Counted from the first letter of the stretch, positions 1 to 10,320 are shown. The stretch: DNA of 35,099 nucleotides from a virus (IMGVR_UViG_3300027213_000005:1-35099); one strand, 5' to 3'. Notes: a model not told the origin generated them from the sequence alone. Numbers and translations are program-made.

Positions 1-48
1 AGCATATTTAAAAACCACTACCGACTTTTCGGCACACAACTAGATCGG

Positions 49-174
49 GGTCTATACACCCACTAAGTGGAGGTCTATACACCCACTAAGTGGAGGTCTA
101 TACACCCACTAAGTGGAGGTCTATACACCCACTAAGTGGAGGTCTATACACCCACTAAGTGGAGGTCTATACAC
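49..174 (+). repeat. Perfect tandem array of 23-bp unit GGTCTATACACCCACTAAGTGGA (5 copies + 11 bp), iteron-like
   Basis: Units start at 49, 72, 95, 118, 141, 164; no spacers; each full unit contains CCACT-A-AGTGG dyad. Confidence 0.95.
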
Positions 175-340
175 TTTTGATACCATTTTTTAAAAAACGG
201 TTTTTGAAAAATAAATCAATAATTTTAAATTGTTATTTGAAAATTAAAAATTCGCTCCAGTATCTTATAGTTTTATATATATATATTTTTAATCATTTTT
301 ATTCTTTTTAATCAAAAAAAAATGCACAAAAAAGAAGCAA
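175..340. promoter_or_regulatory. AT-rich tract next to the array, candidate origin unwinding element
   Basis: Long A/T runs, TA tract, near-perfect palindrome ACCATTTTTTAAAAAACGGT at 182-201. Confidence 0.45.
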
Positions 341-579
341 ACATAGTCTTAGGTATGCTATAAATAAACCTAAAACCATATCATTTCATGTAGCAGTTTC
401 ATTTTTTTTCTTCAAAATTTTGAGGCCACAGGAGATGCAGCTTCGAATTAAAAAATCGAACCCAAGAATTTTTTGTAATTGCAATTTTAAATTTGGTGAG
501 ACTCAAAAAATAAAAGAATTCGACGCTTTTAAGCTTATAGAGAAAAAAATATAGCAAAGATGAATCATGAATTATGCAG

Positions 580-2121
580 TTATTCTTTTTCTTTGTATTG
601 ACTTAAAAATGCTGAATTTTGCGATATGCTCGGTTTTGAGGCAAGGTACATGAGAACTTCGGGGTTTATGCCACTTTTTGATGCAAATTGCTTTACAGAC
701 ATTGGCACCTTATTAACTATATTATTACCAGTATTGATCCCCTTGGCAACTACCTCTCCTAACTTTCTTCTACCCAATGGCGTAAGCAATGAGGCTGCCA
801 TAAATGCGCCAGGGCTTAGCTGTTGCTGGTTTGCGGAATAAGCGCCCGCGCCGGTCGCGCCTATTATACCGCCGAGTCCAATTGCTGAATTGAGGCTTTT
901 GTTGTTTAGGTTTTGCAAGGCTTTTCCGACCTGACTTTGCATCGCGTAGTCTTTGACAAGCCCTTTGTAGTTTGGATCTTTGATTTTGGATTCCAAAATT
1001 TCATTTAAAGTTTTCTTTATTTTTCCTAGAGCTGCAGCGTCAACTTCATCCATTCCAGCGCGTGCTTTTTTAATGTTTGAATTCAAAAATGAAATTGAAC
1101 GTGCTAAGTCTGTGCCGCTTACATTTTTAAGTTTATCAGATTTACCAAGCAGATTACTCTCTAAATCTTTTAGCGCACGAGTAACTGCGGAATTTTCGGG
1201 AATGTTTTTTAATTCGTTTGGATTAAATGATTTTTTTACGTTAGCGAGAATTTCAGGGGCACTAAATGGCTCTGTGACGCTCTCTCTTAAAGCGCCAATT
1301 TGTTGACCGGTATTTTTTTTAGCGGCATCCAACATTTTTTGACGGCCAGGTGTTGTCGAAAAAAAATCTGCATATTTGTTTTTTAAAATGTACTCTGCCA
1401 AGTCTTTCTCTTGTTTTTCACGCATTTCGAGCGGCATGTTTTTTGAAATTTTATTGAGTAATCCTTTATCAAACCCAACACTTTTTAATGCGTTGTCAGT
1501 TTTAATTTTATCAAGAGATTCTCCAATTTTCCCAATACCTTTTCCCGCTAATCCAAACGCTCCTGAAATTGCAGCGCCTGTTGCAGCACCTTTTGCTTGC
1601 GCGACTGCGTCACCTTCTGCACCGCCTAAACCCGCAAGTGCACCTTGTGCCACCATTGATGGAATTGTGACTAAACTTTTCGCGCCAATAGCAGGCAAAC
1701 CTGATGCAATTTCGCCAACGATAGACGACCCAGGGTTAGACTCTTGCAATTGCTTTTGATAAGCGCGTGAAGCATCCCGATCAACTTTATAACCAGTTTG
1801 AAATGCTTTCTTAACACCCTCAAAACCTGCTCCTTGGGGTTTAGGTAACATGCCAAAAGCTTGTTGTCCGCCACGCTTAACTCCACCAATAACTCCCTCA
1901 ATCTCATCTAAAAAATTAAAGGTTGCACCGCGCGCTGCACCGATTCCAGCGGCTTCTAATTTTTTCCCAAAACTATCATTGTTACTTTTTGGTTGTGCTG
2001 TTTGTTGTTCCAATTTCTGCATTTCGTCATCAGAAATAAATTTGTTAGATTGAGCAGGTTGTGCTGTGTTGTTACTTGCCAGCAACTTGTCCATTTCGTC
2101 ATCAGAAATAAAATTTGCCAT
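580..2121 (-). CDS. Putative internal virion / DNA ejection protein
   Basis: Gly/Ala-rich, RGATFNFLDEI segment, last gene of virion operon; ATG at 2121 overlaps upstream TAA so preferred over 2139. Confidence 0.6.
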   Translation of the reverse strand: MANFISDDEMDKLLASNNTAQPAQSNKFISDDEMQKLEQQTAQPKSNNDSFGKKLEAAGIGAARGATFNFLDEIEGVIGGVKRGGQQAFGMLPKPQGAGFEGVKKAFQTGYKVDRDASRAYQKQLQESNPGSSIVGEIASGLPAIGAKSLVTIPSMVAQGALAGLGGAEGDAVAQAKGAATGAAISGAFGLAGKGIGKIGESLDKIKTDNALKSVGFDKGLLNKISKNMPLEMREKQEKDLAEYILKNKYADFFSTTPGRQKMLDAAKKNTGQQIGALRESVTEPFSAPEILANVKKSFNPNELKNIPENSAVTRALKDLESNLLGKSDKLKNVSGTDLARSISFLNSNIKKARAGMDEVDAAALGKIKKTLNEILESKIKDPNYKGLVKDYAMQSQVGKALQNLNNKSLNSAIGLGGIIGATGAGAYSANQQQLSPGAFMAASLLTPLGRRKLGEVVAKGINTGNNIVNKVPMSVKQFASKSGINPEVLMYLASKPSISQNSAFLSQYKEKE

Positions 2122-3113
2122 TAATTCACTACCTCCCAACCGCCTTGGACTTTGCGATATTTTTGGCCATTAATGACTTTAGTTTCTCCACCGGCCGTAG
2201 GTGATGTTTGCTTTTCGTCGGGTACAGGATCCGGATGGTTATAGATCATTCGATAGTTTCTAAGTGACCCCTCGGATTCAAAAATACGCGCTTTTGCATT
2301 CTTATTGGCCATGCGTTCTTCAAGCTCTTTAATTGTTCTCATAACTTTATCTAAGTTTGCCTCTTCAGAAAGTTCAGGATCAAACGATGCCGCCATGATT
2401 CGCTCTCCTTCTTTCTCTGTAAATTGTGTGCCTAGAATTGCCTTAAGTGAAGCTTGAGCCGCCGATTGCACATCTTGTTTTACGATTTTTGCGATTTCAG
2501 GTTGCAGGGCATTAGGCACTAGGCCGTAAGCTCGACCTGAAACTAAGCTAGATTTTTTTAGCATTTCAGCAGATTTACGTAATAGTGCGAGATTTTTTTC
2601 TGCCTCTGATCTAAACCCGCTCGTCCAGTCATTATACTCCTTAGCGAAATCCTCATCTAATTTCTTTTGCCCGGGAGTGTAGCTTCCTTTTTCTAATTCT
2701 TGTTTTTGTTTTTCGCGAGTGAATTGATCCATCTCTGCTTGTCTGCGAGCTGCTGCTTTCCCCGCAATCGCTGAATCTTTGGCTTGTTGAGCTTGCAAAT
2801 CTTTGCCGTATTCCGCATCTAACAACTTCAGGTTGTCTTGTTGCTGTTGACGTTTTAATGCAACGTCACGCATGCCGGACTCTCCGAATTCGGAAAATTC
2901 CATGGGCTTTGCTTGCTGACCCTGAAACGAGCCAGCGCTTGAAACAAGTTTTGACACAGCATTAGCAAGTGTCCCGTACTGTTGCATTTGTTTGGCATTC
3001 TCAATTTCTGAATCTGTGACGCCTGGAATTAACGCGGCTCTGTTTTTATATTCTGCTAATTTTTGTTGATAGATGTCAGGGTTCACGTTTTCATCAAACA
3101 TTCGCAGTGCCAT
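2121..3113 (-). CDS. Putative internal virion / ejection protein
   Basis: 330 aa, helical Q/E/K/A-rich, coupled to neighbours in virion operon. Confidence 0.55.
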   Translation of the reverse strand: MALRMFDENVNPDIYQQKLAEYKNRAALIPGVTDSEIENAKQMQQYGTLANAVSKLVSSAGSFQGQQAKPMEFSEFGESGMRDVALKRQQQQDNLKLLDAEYGKDLQAQQAKDSAIAGKAAARRQAEMDQFTREKQKQELEKGSYTPGQKKLDEDFAKEYNDWTSGFRSEAEKNLALLRKSAEMLKKSSLVSGRAYGLVPNALQPEIAKIVKQDVQSAAQASLKAILGTQFTEKEGERIMAASFDPELSEEANLDKVMRTIKELEERMANKNAKARIFESEGSLRNYRMIYNHPDPVPDEKQTSPTAGGETKVINGQKYRKVQGGWEVVN

Positions 3114-4131
3114 AAGCGCCTCCCGAAATTAATTTGCTATTGTAGGGTTGCTGTTGTGTCGGATTTGATTTGTACAAGCCGCCCAACGCTAACGCGGTAT
3201 TTGTAGCCCCGCTGATTAAATTTGCTCTGTCTTGGGCATTCGCGCGAATATCGTTAATACTACCTTGAGATGCGCCCGTTTGTGCAGCAAGTTTATTGAG
3301 CTGGTTTTGATATTGTTGCTGTGCCGTTTGGTTTCTAAAATCGCGTTGCTCGTATTTTGCTTGATTGCGTAACGCCGTGTTGCGATCTTGGTTTGATTGT
3401 GTTGCAGCGAGGTTTGTCCTCTGGGCATCATTTAAATTTGTTGTATTGAACATGGCTTGGTTGCGGCGACTATCTGCCATGCGTTGATTAAACGCATTGA
3501 TGATATCCGCGTTGCGACCTTGCAAATTCAAATCATTCGATTCAATTTGACCGCCCAGGTTTGCGGAATCTTTCAATGCTTGCAGCCGATTTTGATATGC
3601 AGCCATTGCTGCTTGCGTGCCCGCTTGTGATGCAGATTGATTCGCATTTTGTTGTGATGAGAGAGCTTGCGCAAATGCCAAACCGCTCCCTGGCGCAAAA
3701 CCACGGCGGCTGGCATTGTCTAAAATTCCAGCTTGCTGTCCTTGATTTTGAATTGCTGCATTGCGCATGGCTTGCTCAACCATTGCTTGACTCTGCGCGT
3801 CAGCACCTGTGTTTGACAGATTCCGTAAACGCTGCAGCGAGTTGAGCATCGCGTCTTGGCCTTGCTCTCCAGCCATTGACCGCTGCACTGTCTCCGGTGC
3901 TTTTTCTTGAATTAACGGCAACATTTCGGGGTTGTATTGACCCAAAAGTTTAAATTCTTCGGGTGTGATCGTGCTCATATCAAATTCAGGGTTTTTAATT
4001 GCATCAGCGAGTGCCGCAATTCGTGCGCGTTCTGATGCAACGTCTTTCCGCGCATTTTCGGCGCCGAAATAATTTAATAATCCGCCGCCTATCGTTGCAC
4101 CACCGAGTATACTTAAAGTAATCGGATCCAT
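3094..4131 (-). CDS. Putative DNA pilot/ejection protein
   Basis: N-terminal MDPITLSILGGATIGGGLL hydrophobic Gly-rich segment then Q/A/N-rich coiled coil, typical of podovirus ejection proteins. Confidence 0.65.
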   Translation of the reverse strand: MDPITLSILGGATIGGGLLNYFGAENARKDVASERARIAALADAIKNPEFDMSTITPEEFKLLGQYNPEMLPLIQEKAPETVQRSMAGEQGQDAMLNSLQRLRNLSNTGADAQSQAMVEQAMRNAAIQNQGQQAGILDNASRRGFAPGSGLAFAQALSSQQNANQSASQAGTQAAMAAYQNRLQALKDSANLGGQIESNDLNLQGRNADIINAFNQRMADSRRNQAMFNTTNLNDAQRTNLAATQSNQDRNTALRNQAKYEQRDFRNQTAQQQYQNQLNKLAAQTGASQGSINDIRANAQDRANLISGATNTALALGGLYKSNPTQQQPYNSKLISGGAYGTANV

Positions 4132-4152
4132 TTACATAATACCTCATAGACT

Positions 4153-5367
4153 TTAACTAAATACATTACTAATTCCCCTCACTAGTGGGAAATTACTAAC
4201 TGCGTTCGTTATTGTTGGTAATAAACCTAGCGTTGTTGTTGAGCTTGGGGGGGGCGCTGGCACTCGCGATTGTAAGAATCGCAACAAGTCAGGCCGCGCG
4301 CTTTCCTGCAAATTGTTGAGATACTCGTCGCGATTAAACGCAACGTTTGTATCTGCTGGACTTGCAGACGGTGCGATTTGTTCTTCTCCCAGTAAACCAG
4401 CTAGCTTATTAAATCTCGAATCTAAGAATTGAGATTGGTCAAATGTTCGTTCGGGCGACACATACAAACTTGGATCAATATTCGGCACATATTGAAACGA
4501 TGAGCGTTGATTTTGGCCTGGCAAATATTGCGTCAAATTATTTTGTAATGCCACATCTTTAAGCAGATCTTGAATTGTGTTTGCTTGCAATTCGGGAATT
4601 TCATTATTTAACAAATTCTGCCGGGATGTATTAAACGTATTTTGCGCATCGGTTGCTTGCTGTTGTGCTGTTGTGCCGAGCTGTTGTTTTAATCCTTGAA
4701 CATCACTACGCACAGTGTTCGCGGTGTTTGCAAGGTTTGCTTTTGAATTTGTAAGCGCGTTTGCTTCATTCCCCAAGTAATTATTACGCGTGGAATTGAA
4801 AGCGTTTATATCGCTTAAATTTTTATTGAGAGCTTGTCCCGCTTGTCCACTGTTGCGATACAAAAGCGCATCAAGTCTCGAACCGCCAGCGGTTGTGTTG
4901 TATTGATTGCGCAATTGATTTGACAAACCCTCAACGCTACTCGCTGCTGCTACAGCGCTTGTATCAGGGTTTACATATTTCGTTGAAGATGTCGTTGAGT
5001 CCATACGCTTTTGCCGCTCATCGGGGCTTAATAATGATTGCAATTTTGAGAATTGGCCATCATCTATTTTGTTCAACTCATCTTTGCCCGCGTAGGTTTT
5101 CTCGTTTTCAATACCTTTTAATTTATCTGTGTACGTTTGCGTACTTTTATCTAAATTTTGTTGAGCGTCTTTGATATTCTGATTTAATCCCGTGTCTAAG
5201 TCTGCTTGCTTTTCATTTATGTTTGCATTCAAAATATTACTTGGGTTTTGAAATGTGGAAGCATACGGGTTTTGCGTCGATTGAGCACCTGACCCGCCAC
5301 CAATCGGTGACGCTTCATTTTTTGGATTGCTCACTAAATTATCAATTTTTCTAAACACAATAGGCAT
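4153..5367 (-). CDS. Putative internal virion protein (N/Q/S/T-rich)
   Basis: 404-aa ORF whose start overlaps the portal stop; composition and position. Confidence 0.5.
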   Translation of the reverse strand: MPIVFRKIDNLVSNPKNEASPIGGGSGAQSTQNPYASTFQNPSNILNANINEKQADLDTGLNQNIKDAQQNLDKSTQTYTDKLKGIENEKTYAGKDELNKIDDGQFSKLQSLLSPDERQKRMDSTTSSTKYVNPDTSAVAAASSVEGLSNQLRNQYNTTAGGSRLDALLYRNSGQAGQALNKNLSDINAFNSTRNNYLGNEANALTNSKANLANTANTVRSDVQGLKQQLGTTAQQQATDAQNTFNTSRQNLLNNEIPELQANTIQDLLKDVALQNNLTQYLPGQNQRSSFQYVPNIDPSLYVSPERTFDQSQFLDSRFNKLAGLLGEEQIAPSASPADTNVAFNRDEYLNNLQESARPDLLRFLQSRVPAPPPSSTTTLGLLPTITNAVSNFPLVRGISNVFS

Positions 5368-7310
5368 TAGAAGCTGACCTCCGGCTCTGCGGGCGTTGCT
5401 GGTTTTGATTCACGGTTCATATCCTCAACCATGGCTGGCTCTTTGTTCACATCCTCCATCTGTTGATGTGACGTCACATCACTTGGAGGAGGTGGTGGTT
5501 GCTGCGGCATCATCGCTTGCTGTTGTTGACTGATAAATTGCTCGTGCTGTTCCATGTGATTCAAAATTTCTTGGATATTTCCATTGCGCCGAATTTCAGG
5601 GTTTCTCAATATATCTTTATGTTTTTCAATATGCAGAGCGTGATTGTCTGTATAAAGTACAGGGCATGGAATGCCTTTAGTTAAGTCATCATTTTCTTTT
5701 TGAATCAACGCTGACTCGTTGAGTTCTGCATTCCACAATCTCTTTGGCGGTTCACCTTCTAAAACCATAAAATAGTCGCCAATATCTTTTATCAGACCTT
5801 TGTTTAATAAAATTTCTGCTTGGTCACGACGCCCAGCGATTGTGTTCATTAATGGATTTGTAATCTCAAGCGAGACTCTATCAAATTCTCGCAAATCAGA
5901 AGCTTTAAATTCTTTTAAATATGAAATGTTACCATCCGAAACAACCGTGAGTTGTTCTTCTGCCCCAAGCATTTTATAAAATTTCACCGCAAGCGTAATG
6001 GCTTGCTCAATGCTTGCAAAAATTGCTTTTGAAAATGAACTAAAGAATTCGATCGAGTTTGCTGTCAACGTTGCAATTGCATTCCCCGCTGTCACACCAG
6101 GCGGCGGTGTGCCCCGAAGCGCACTGTTGATGTTTGCAAGTGTGCCTAAGTTATCAATATAAATTTTAATGCCATCCATAATTTCAGGCGCACTGCGTGT
6201 TAGTTGCAATGGTTCAGGCTTTCCGCCGCCATCATTTCCTTGGGGGGTGTAGTCAATCCAACGCATCCCATAGATTTCTGTGATATCAATATTGGAACCT
6301 CTCGGGTTTAAAACGGATTGCACACCGAACGCTGATTGATTTGTAGCCATTGTGCTAAAGTTGATATCTAGCATTTCTTGGAGTGGTGCGAGGTTTGAGA
6401 ATTGCGGATAACCCAATAAAAAATCATCCAACTTTTCAGGAATGCAAGGAATCACTGGCAAACATTCGTAAACATTTGCGCCATCGTATAGAACACATTT
6501 TTCACTGCATAAAATCACCATGCGCCCTTGCGGTACCGCTGGTGTCGGTTTGTGATAATAATAATAGACAAGAATCAAATCATCAGTGCGTGTCAGTGTG
6601 TCATCGAATGATGCGATTGTGGTTGTAAACCCATTTAAAATTCGATTGAAATTGGGAATCTTTCTAAGCTCATCTTCCATCTCCGGATGTTGTGCAATGA
6701 GATCCCAACGGTTCATTCGCTTTGCAACAGTGACGCAATGTAAATTATTCCAATCTTCTTCGTTCCAGTCATAGTAAACATACTTAGCACTCGCGACTTG
6801 TATATTGACATCCCCGCTCATTGCTGGGGCTTCCATGCCATTGTCAACTCTTCTGCCTGCGTCTGAATCCCACGTCACATGCCAAAAACATTGACCGTGT
6901 AAATACGTAAGCTCTGCGAGCCTGTCGATTTTTTCATTCAGTGATTGGTCTTTGACGAGTTGATTTGCGAGTGACTCTGCAATCTGACCGTTGCCAAATG
7001 CGGTGTAGTCACGGCTTCGCATCTTTGCTGCAAATTGCAGCTTCTGCTTTGTAATAATTGAAATCATTTGCCGCACAAGAGATCGGGCTTGCGGAACACT
7101 CATGCCAATAAGTTCACCTTGTTCTCCCGTGAAGTTTAAAATATCAATCAAACTATTTCTGTAATAAACTTCTGTGTTTCGATTCCACACATTAGCAATT
7201 CCAACGCTACTAAACATTTTTTGCTGTTGGAATCTAACTATCTCCATGATTTTTCGTGAGGCTTTTTCTGTTGTGTCGCTCGCGTAGTAAACTTGATCCA
7301 ACGTGCGCAC
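5367..7310 (-). CDS. Portal protein (P22-like podovirus type)
   Basis: About 645 aa; WHVTWDSDAG, GDVNIQV, L.PLQE.L and DNH..HI..H segments plus Q/P-rich tail recalled from portals; start may be TTG 7301 given RBS spacing. Confidence 0.8.
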   Translation of the reverse strand: MRTLDQVYYASDTTEKASRKIMEIVRFQQQKMFSSVGIANVWNRNTEVYYRNSLIDILNFTGEQGELIGMSVPQARSLVRQMISIITKQKLQFAAKMRSRDYTAFGNGQIAESLANQLVKDQSLNEKIDRLAELTYLHGQCFWHVTWDSDAGRRVDNGMEAPAMSGDVNIQVASAKYVYYDWNEEDWNNLHCVTVAKRMNRWDLIAQHPEMEDELRKIPNFNRILNGFTTTIASFDDTLTRTDDLILVYYYYHKPTPAVPQGRMVILCSEKCVLYDGANVYECLPVIPCIPEKLDDFLLGYPQFSNLAPLQEMLDINFSTMATNQSAFGVQSVLNPRGSNIDITEIYGMRWIDYTPQGNDGGGKPEPLQLTRSAPEIMDGIKIYIDNLGTLANINSALRGTPPPGVTAGNAIATLTANSIEFFSSFSKAIFASIEQAITLAVKFYKMLGAEEQLTVVSDGNISYLKEFKASDLREFDRVSLEITNPLMNTIAGRRDQAEILLNKGLIKDIGDYFMVLEGEPPKRLWNAELNESALIQKENDDLTKGIPCPVLYTDNHALHIEKHKDILRNPEIRRNGNIQEILNHMEQHEQFISQQQQAMMPQQPPPPPSDVTSHQQMEDVNKEPAMVEDMNRESKPATPAEPEVSF

Positions 7311-7317
7311 TCCTTTA

Positions 7318-10311
7318 TTATTTTGATATGCGCTCGGATATAGTGCGCACTTTGAGATTCATTGATTGTAAATTGATAAGCTCTGCCGCTTCACTGTGTC
7401 TGAATTTGGGCTTGAGCCAAGTGGTTATTTGAGTATCCACGGGAATAAAAATGCGCACGGGTTGTGCAATATATGTTCTAAAATTCAGATTTATAGTCTC
7501 CCCAGCACCCCAAGGAAAATAACCCCAAGGTGAAATTCCCCAAGCGAGACTGGCAGAAGTTGCAGACCACGTTTTATACACAGTCTCTGCACTGTCGGAA
7601 ACAAATCCGATATCAAGATGAGTGACTGCAGTGTTGCGTAAATTCAAACTCAATTCCGAGTATTGTTTTAAAATCTCTTCATTAAGACCAATCGGTGCCA
7701 TCACCCATTCGCTTGTAATTGCGCGGTAGTGAAATGGTAAGTCTGTGTCAGTAAAATTAATTTGCCGGATAAAATAAATTACGCCCTCACGAATTCTATC
7801 AATTCGATTGATGGAACTTTGCCAAGCGATGACATCACCCTCACTTATTGGTAAAGGGCTCACAATGCGACACGAGAGCTTGTCTGCTGCAACTTCTGAA
7901 ACAGAGATGACTTGAGCGCTCTCGTCGCAAAAATCTAAGCGTGTGCTTGTTTTGCGTGCTTTTAAAATCACGTCCCCGTCTGTGATAGCGTAATGAGTGT
8001 TATCATCAAATTTTATTGTGCCACGTTTATACAAAATGGTTGACGTTGACCATTTGTCTGCAAGAAAATTATAAACGTAAGTCGTTGTGCCTACATTATT
8101 GGGTTGTAGTGTTGTTAGAAAGTAATGGCGGTCAGAGGGTACAACAGCAGCAAAAGTCTGATTATAAAAGTTTGAATTCGTAAACACCGCATGCAATATC
8201 GGCTCAATTGGTCTGCTGACAATACTTACAGCAGATTCTGTCACGCGCGCGACACCTGCGGTTGTACAAACAAAAATCACATTATCAGTATCCACGGCAC
8301 TTTCCGGTGCATTGCAAAACACCGTTAAATCTATTGGTGTCACGAGAAAATCAGAGCGATTATTTCCCGACAACCTAAATATTCCATCTTCTTTAATAAT
8401 AATGAGTGAGTTTTTTAATGGAATAGTACGTTGTATTTGTGCAGTCTTTGAGCCAACAAGCAAATAACTTAATAATGGGAACGCTTCAAACTCTGACTCT
8501 TTACTAATATAAATACCGTTTGGTAGCTGTGTATTTGTTCCACTAATTGAGTAATCAGTCAAATCATTAGGAATCGTAGGATTAAAGTTAGCGCCCACTG
8601 TTGCACTACTTGCTTGCAATGCAAACACGTCACTAATCAATCTGCCATAGAAATACATTTGACCCACGACACTTTGAGATGTGCTTGTATAGCTTGCATA
8701 AATGCTACTATAATTGTCGCGATTGATGGTGCGACAGATTGCCCGTGCTGTGGTGTCAATATTCACACTCACAGAGGGGCTTGAGGTTGTGAGCGCAAAG
8801 TTCCCACCAGCCGCTGTATTATAAGAATTGCTAGCGGCTGCTGTATAACGTCTCAATGGCATGATTTGTGCTTGCGCTGATGCTTGGTCACCCGTGGAAC
8901 TGGTGCGCGATGGGTTTGTCACTTGCACATAACCGCTAGCTTTTGATGTGATAATAAATCGGCCATTATTATTTGCGTTTGTAAACTCTGTTATTTCAAC
9001 GTACATCCCAACAATAAAAATTGAAGTATCGCTGGTATAATATCTGACCGTTGTCCCTGATTGCCAAATTGCACTGGTGCATAAATTATTTTTATCAAGT
9101 TGCAATACGTCAAAATAATCACCATTGCTAAACGTTGAGGAACTTGAACGAATAAGCGAAATATTAAACGTATAATTGCTTGTCGTGTTTGCAATGAATA
9201 AATGATTTTTAAATAACGCAATATCTAAACCTACAGGTGGTGGAAAATTTGCTTCTGTTTCGCCCTCACCTGTGTTGGGATTTGTATAGAGATATGCGCT
9301 TTTAAACAAGTCATCAACGGTATCTGTGTAATTGATATAACCTGTTGCAAGTTGTGCACTTGTTACGTTTGCTTCGTAAATCAATTGTAGCGTACTCTCA
9401 TCAGGCTCAACGTCATTATTAATTGATGCGTTGCTTCTGTACACACGATAAAGAAACGCAGGAGAGTTTACATCTGCTGGGATTGTAAATTCGAGTTGTG
9501 GTTGTATCCGTTTCCCAAACTTCAAGGCTGTTGAATTTGGCGATGATGTGAGCACAGCCGCTGTGCTAATTGTAAATGTATTTGTTGTGTAAGCGGTTAC
9601 AACGTACTCACCATCAGGCACGGGAATAGTGCCATTCGCATTTTTAATTGTGGCAAAATCATTCGTGACAAGTCCATGGGAATTGTAAGTCACTGTCACA
9701 TCAAATGTAGAGATACTGATTGATGATGCTGTGATTAAAAGATTTGCAGTTTGCGTAAATTCAGATGGTGCGCCTAAAATTAAATTCTGATTGACATCTT
9801 TTCTGCCAAACAACACGCGATACCCAATTTGCGTATCTGGTGCGTGAATGCCTGTTGTCACGGCATAACTTGAACCGGAACCCAACGGCAAATAAAGTAA
9901 ATCAGGCGCTTTGCTAATTCCTGCTTTTAATAAAGATGATGTGGTGTCTTCGAGTTTCACAATAAAATTATTGCTTGGAATAAATAAATTCCCACCAGCT
10001 TGTGCAGCACGCGGTAAACTAATTGTAAATGTTTGTCCCACTAAATTTGTTAGTGAAGAAAAATCACCAGCAGTTGTTTGGTCAATGCGTGAGATAGAAT
10101 TGATTGATGTTAAGATTAATTTATTTTTGTAATCAATAATATCAATTGGATTTGCGGGTGGTGAGGAAAGAAAAGTTGCGTAACCATTTCTTTTTTGAAT
10201 GATATCATCTTGTGCGTAAATAATATTTTCAGCTATCTCAAGAAAACCTTGAGCTGTGTCTTGAAAGCTATTTTGTTGTAAATTTAAACCTTTAAATTGT
10301 GTAATTTGCAT
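7318..10311 (-). CDS. Tail nozzle / tubular protein B-like structural protein
   Basis: 997 aa, beta-rich, N-terminal FKGLNLQ..N, C-terminal WG..PWG..PWG; follows adaptor-like gene. Confidence 0.7.
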   Translation of the reverse strand: MQITQFKGLNLQQNSFQDTAQGFLEIAENIIYAQDDIIQKRNGYATFLSSPPANPIDIIDYKNKLILTSINSISRIDQTTAGDFSSLTNLVGQTFTISLPRAAQAGGNLFIPSNNFIVKLEDTTSSLLKAGISKAPDLLYLPLGSGSSYAVTTGIHAPDTQIGYRVLFGRKDVNQNLILGAPSEFTQTANLLITASSISISTFDVTVTYNSHGLVTNDFATIKNANGTIPVPDGEYVVTAYTTNTFTISTAAVLTSSPNSTALKFGKRIQPQLEFTIPADVNSPAFLYRVYRSNASINNDVEPDESTLQLIYEANVTSAQLATGYINYTDTVDDLFKSAYLYTNPNTGEGETEANFPPPVGLDIALFKNHLFIANTTSNYTFNISLIRSSSSTFSNGDYFDVLQLDKNNLCTSAIWQSGTTVRYYTSDTSIFIVGMYVEITEFTNANNNGRFIITSKASGYVQVTNPSRTSSTGDQASAQAQIMPLRRYTAAASNSYNTAAGGNFALTTSSPSVSVNIDTTARAICRTINRDNYSSIYASYTSTSQSVVGQMYFYGRLISDVFALQASSATVGANFNPTIPNDLTDYSISGTNTQLPNGIYISKESEFEAFPLLSYLLVGSKTAQIQRTIPLKNSLIIIKEDGIFRLSGNNRSDFLVTPIDLTVFCNAPESAVDTDNVIFVCTTAGVARVTESAVSIVSRPIEPILHAVFTNSNFYNQTFAAVVPSDRHYFLTTLQPNNVGTTTYVYNFLADKWSTSTILYKRGTIKFDDNTHYAITDGDVILKARKTSTRLDFCDESAQVISVSEVAADKLSCRIVSPLPISEGDVIAWQSSINRIDRIREGVIYFIRQINFTDTDLPFHYRAITSEWVMAPIGLNEEILKQYSELSLNLRNTAVTHLDIGFVSDSAETVYKTWSATSASLAWGISPWGYFPWGAGETINLNFRTYIAQPVRIFIPVDTQITTWLKPKFRHSEAAELINLQSMNLKVRTISERISK

Positions 10312-10320
10312 TTACAACCC

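Noticed and set aside
2-43. 3' end of a rep gene (AYLKTTTDFSAHN*)
   Set aside because: Only 13 codons visible; cannot assign a product or confirm it is coding
49-174. CRISPR array
   Set aside because: Units are contiguous and identical with no spacers; no cas genes
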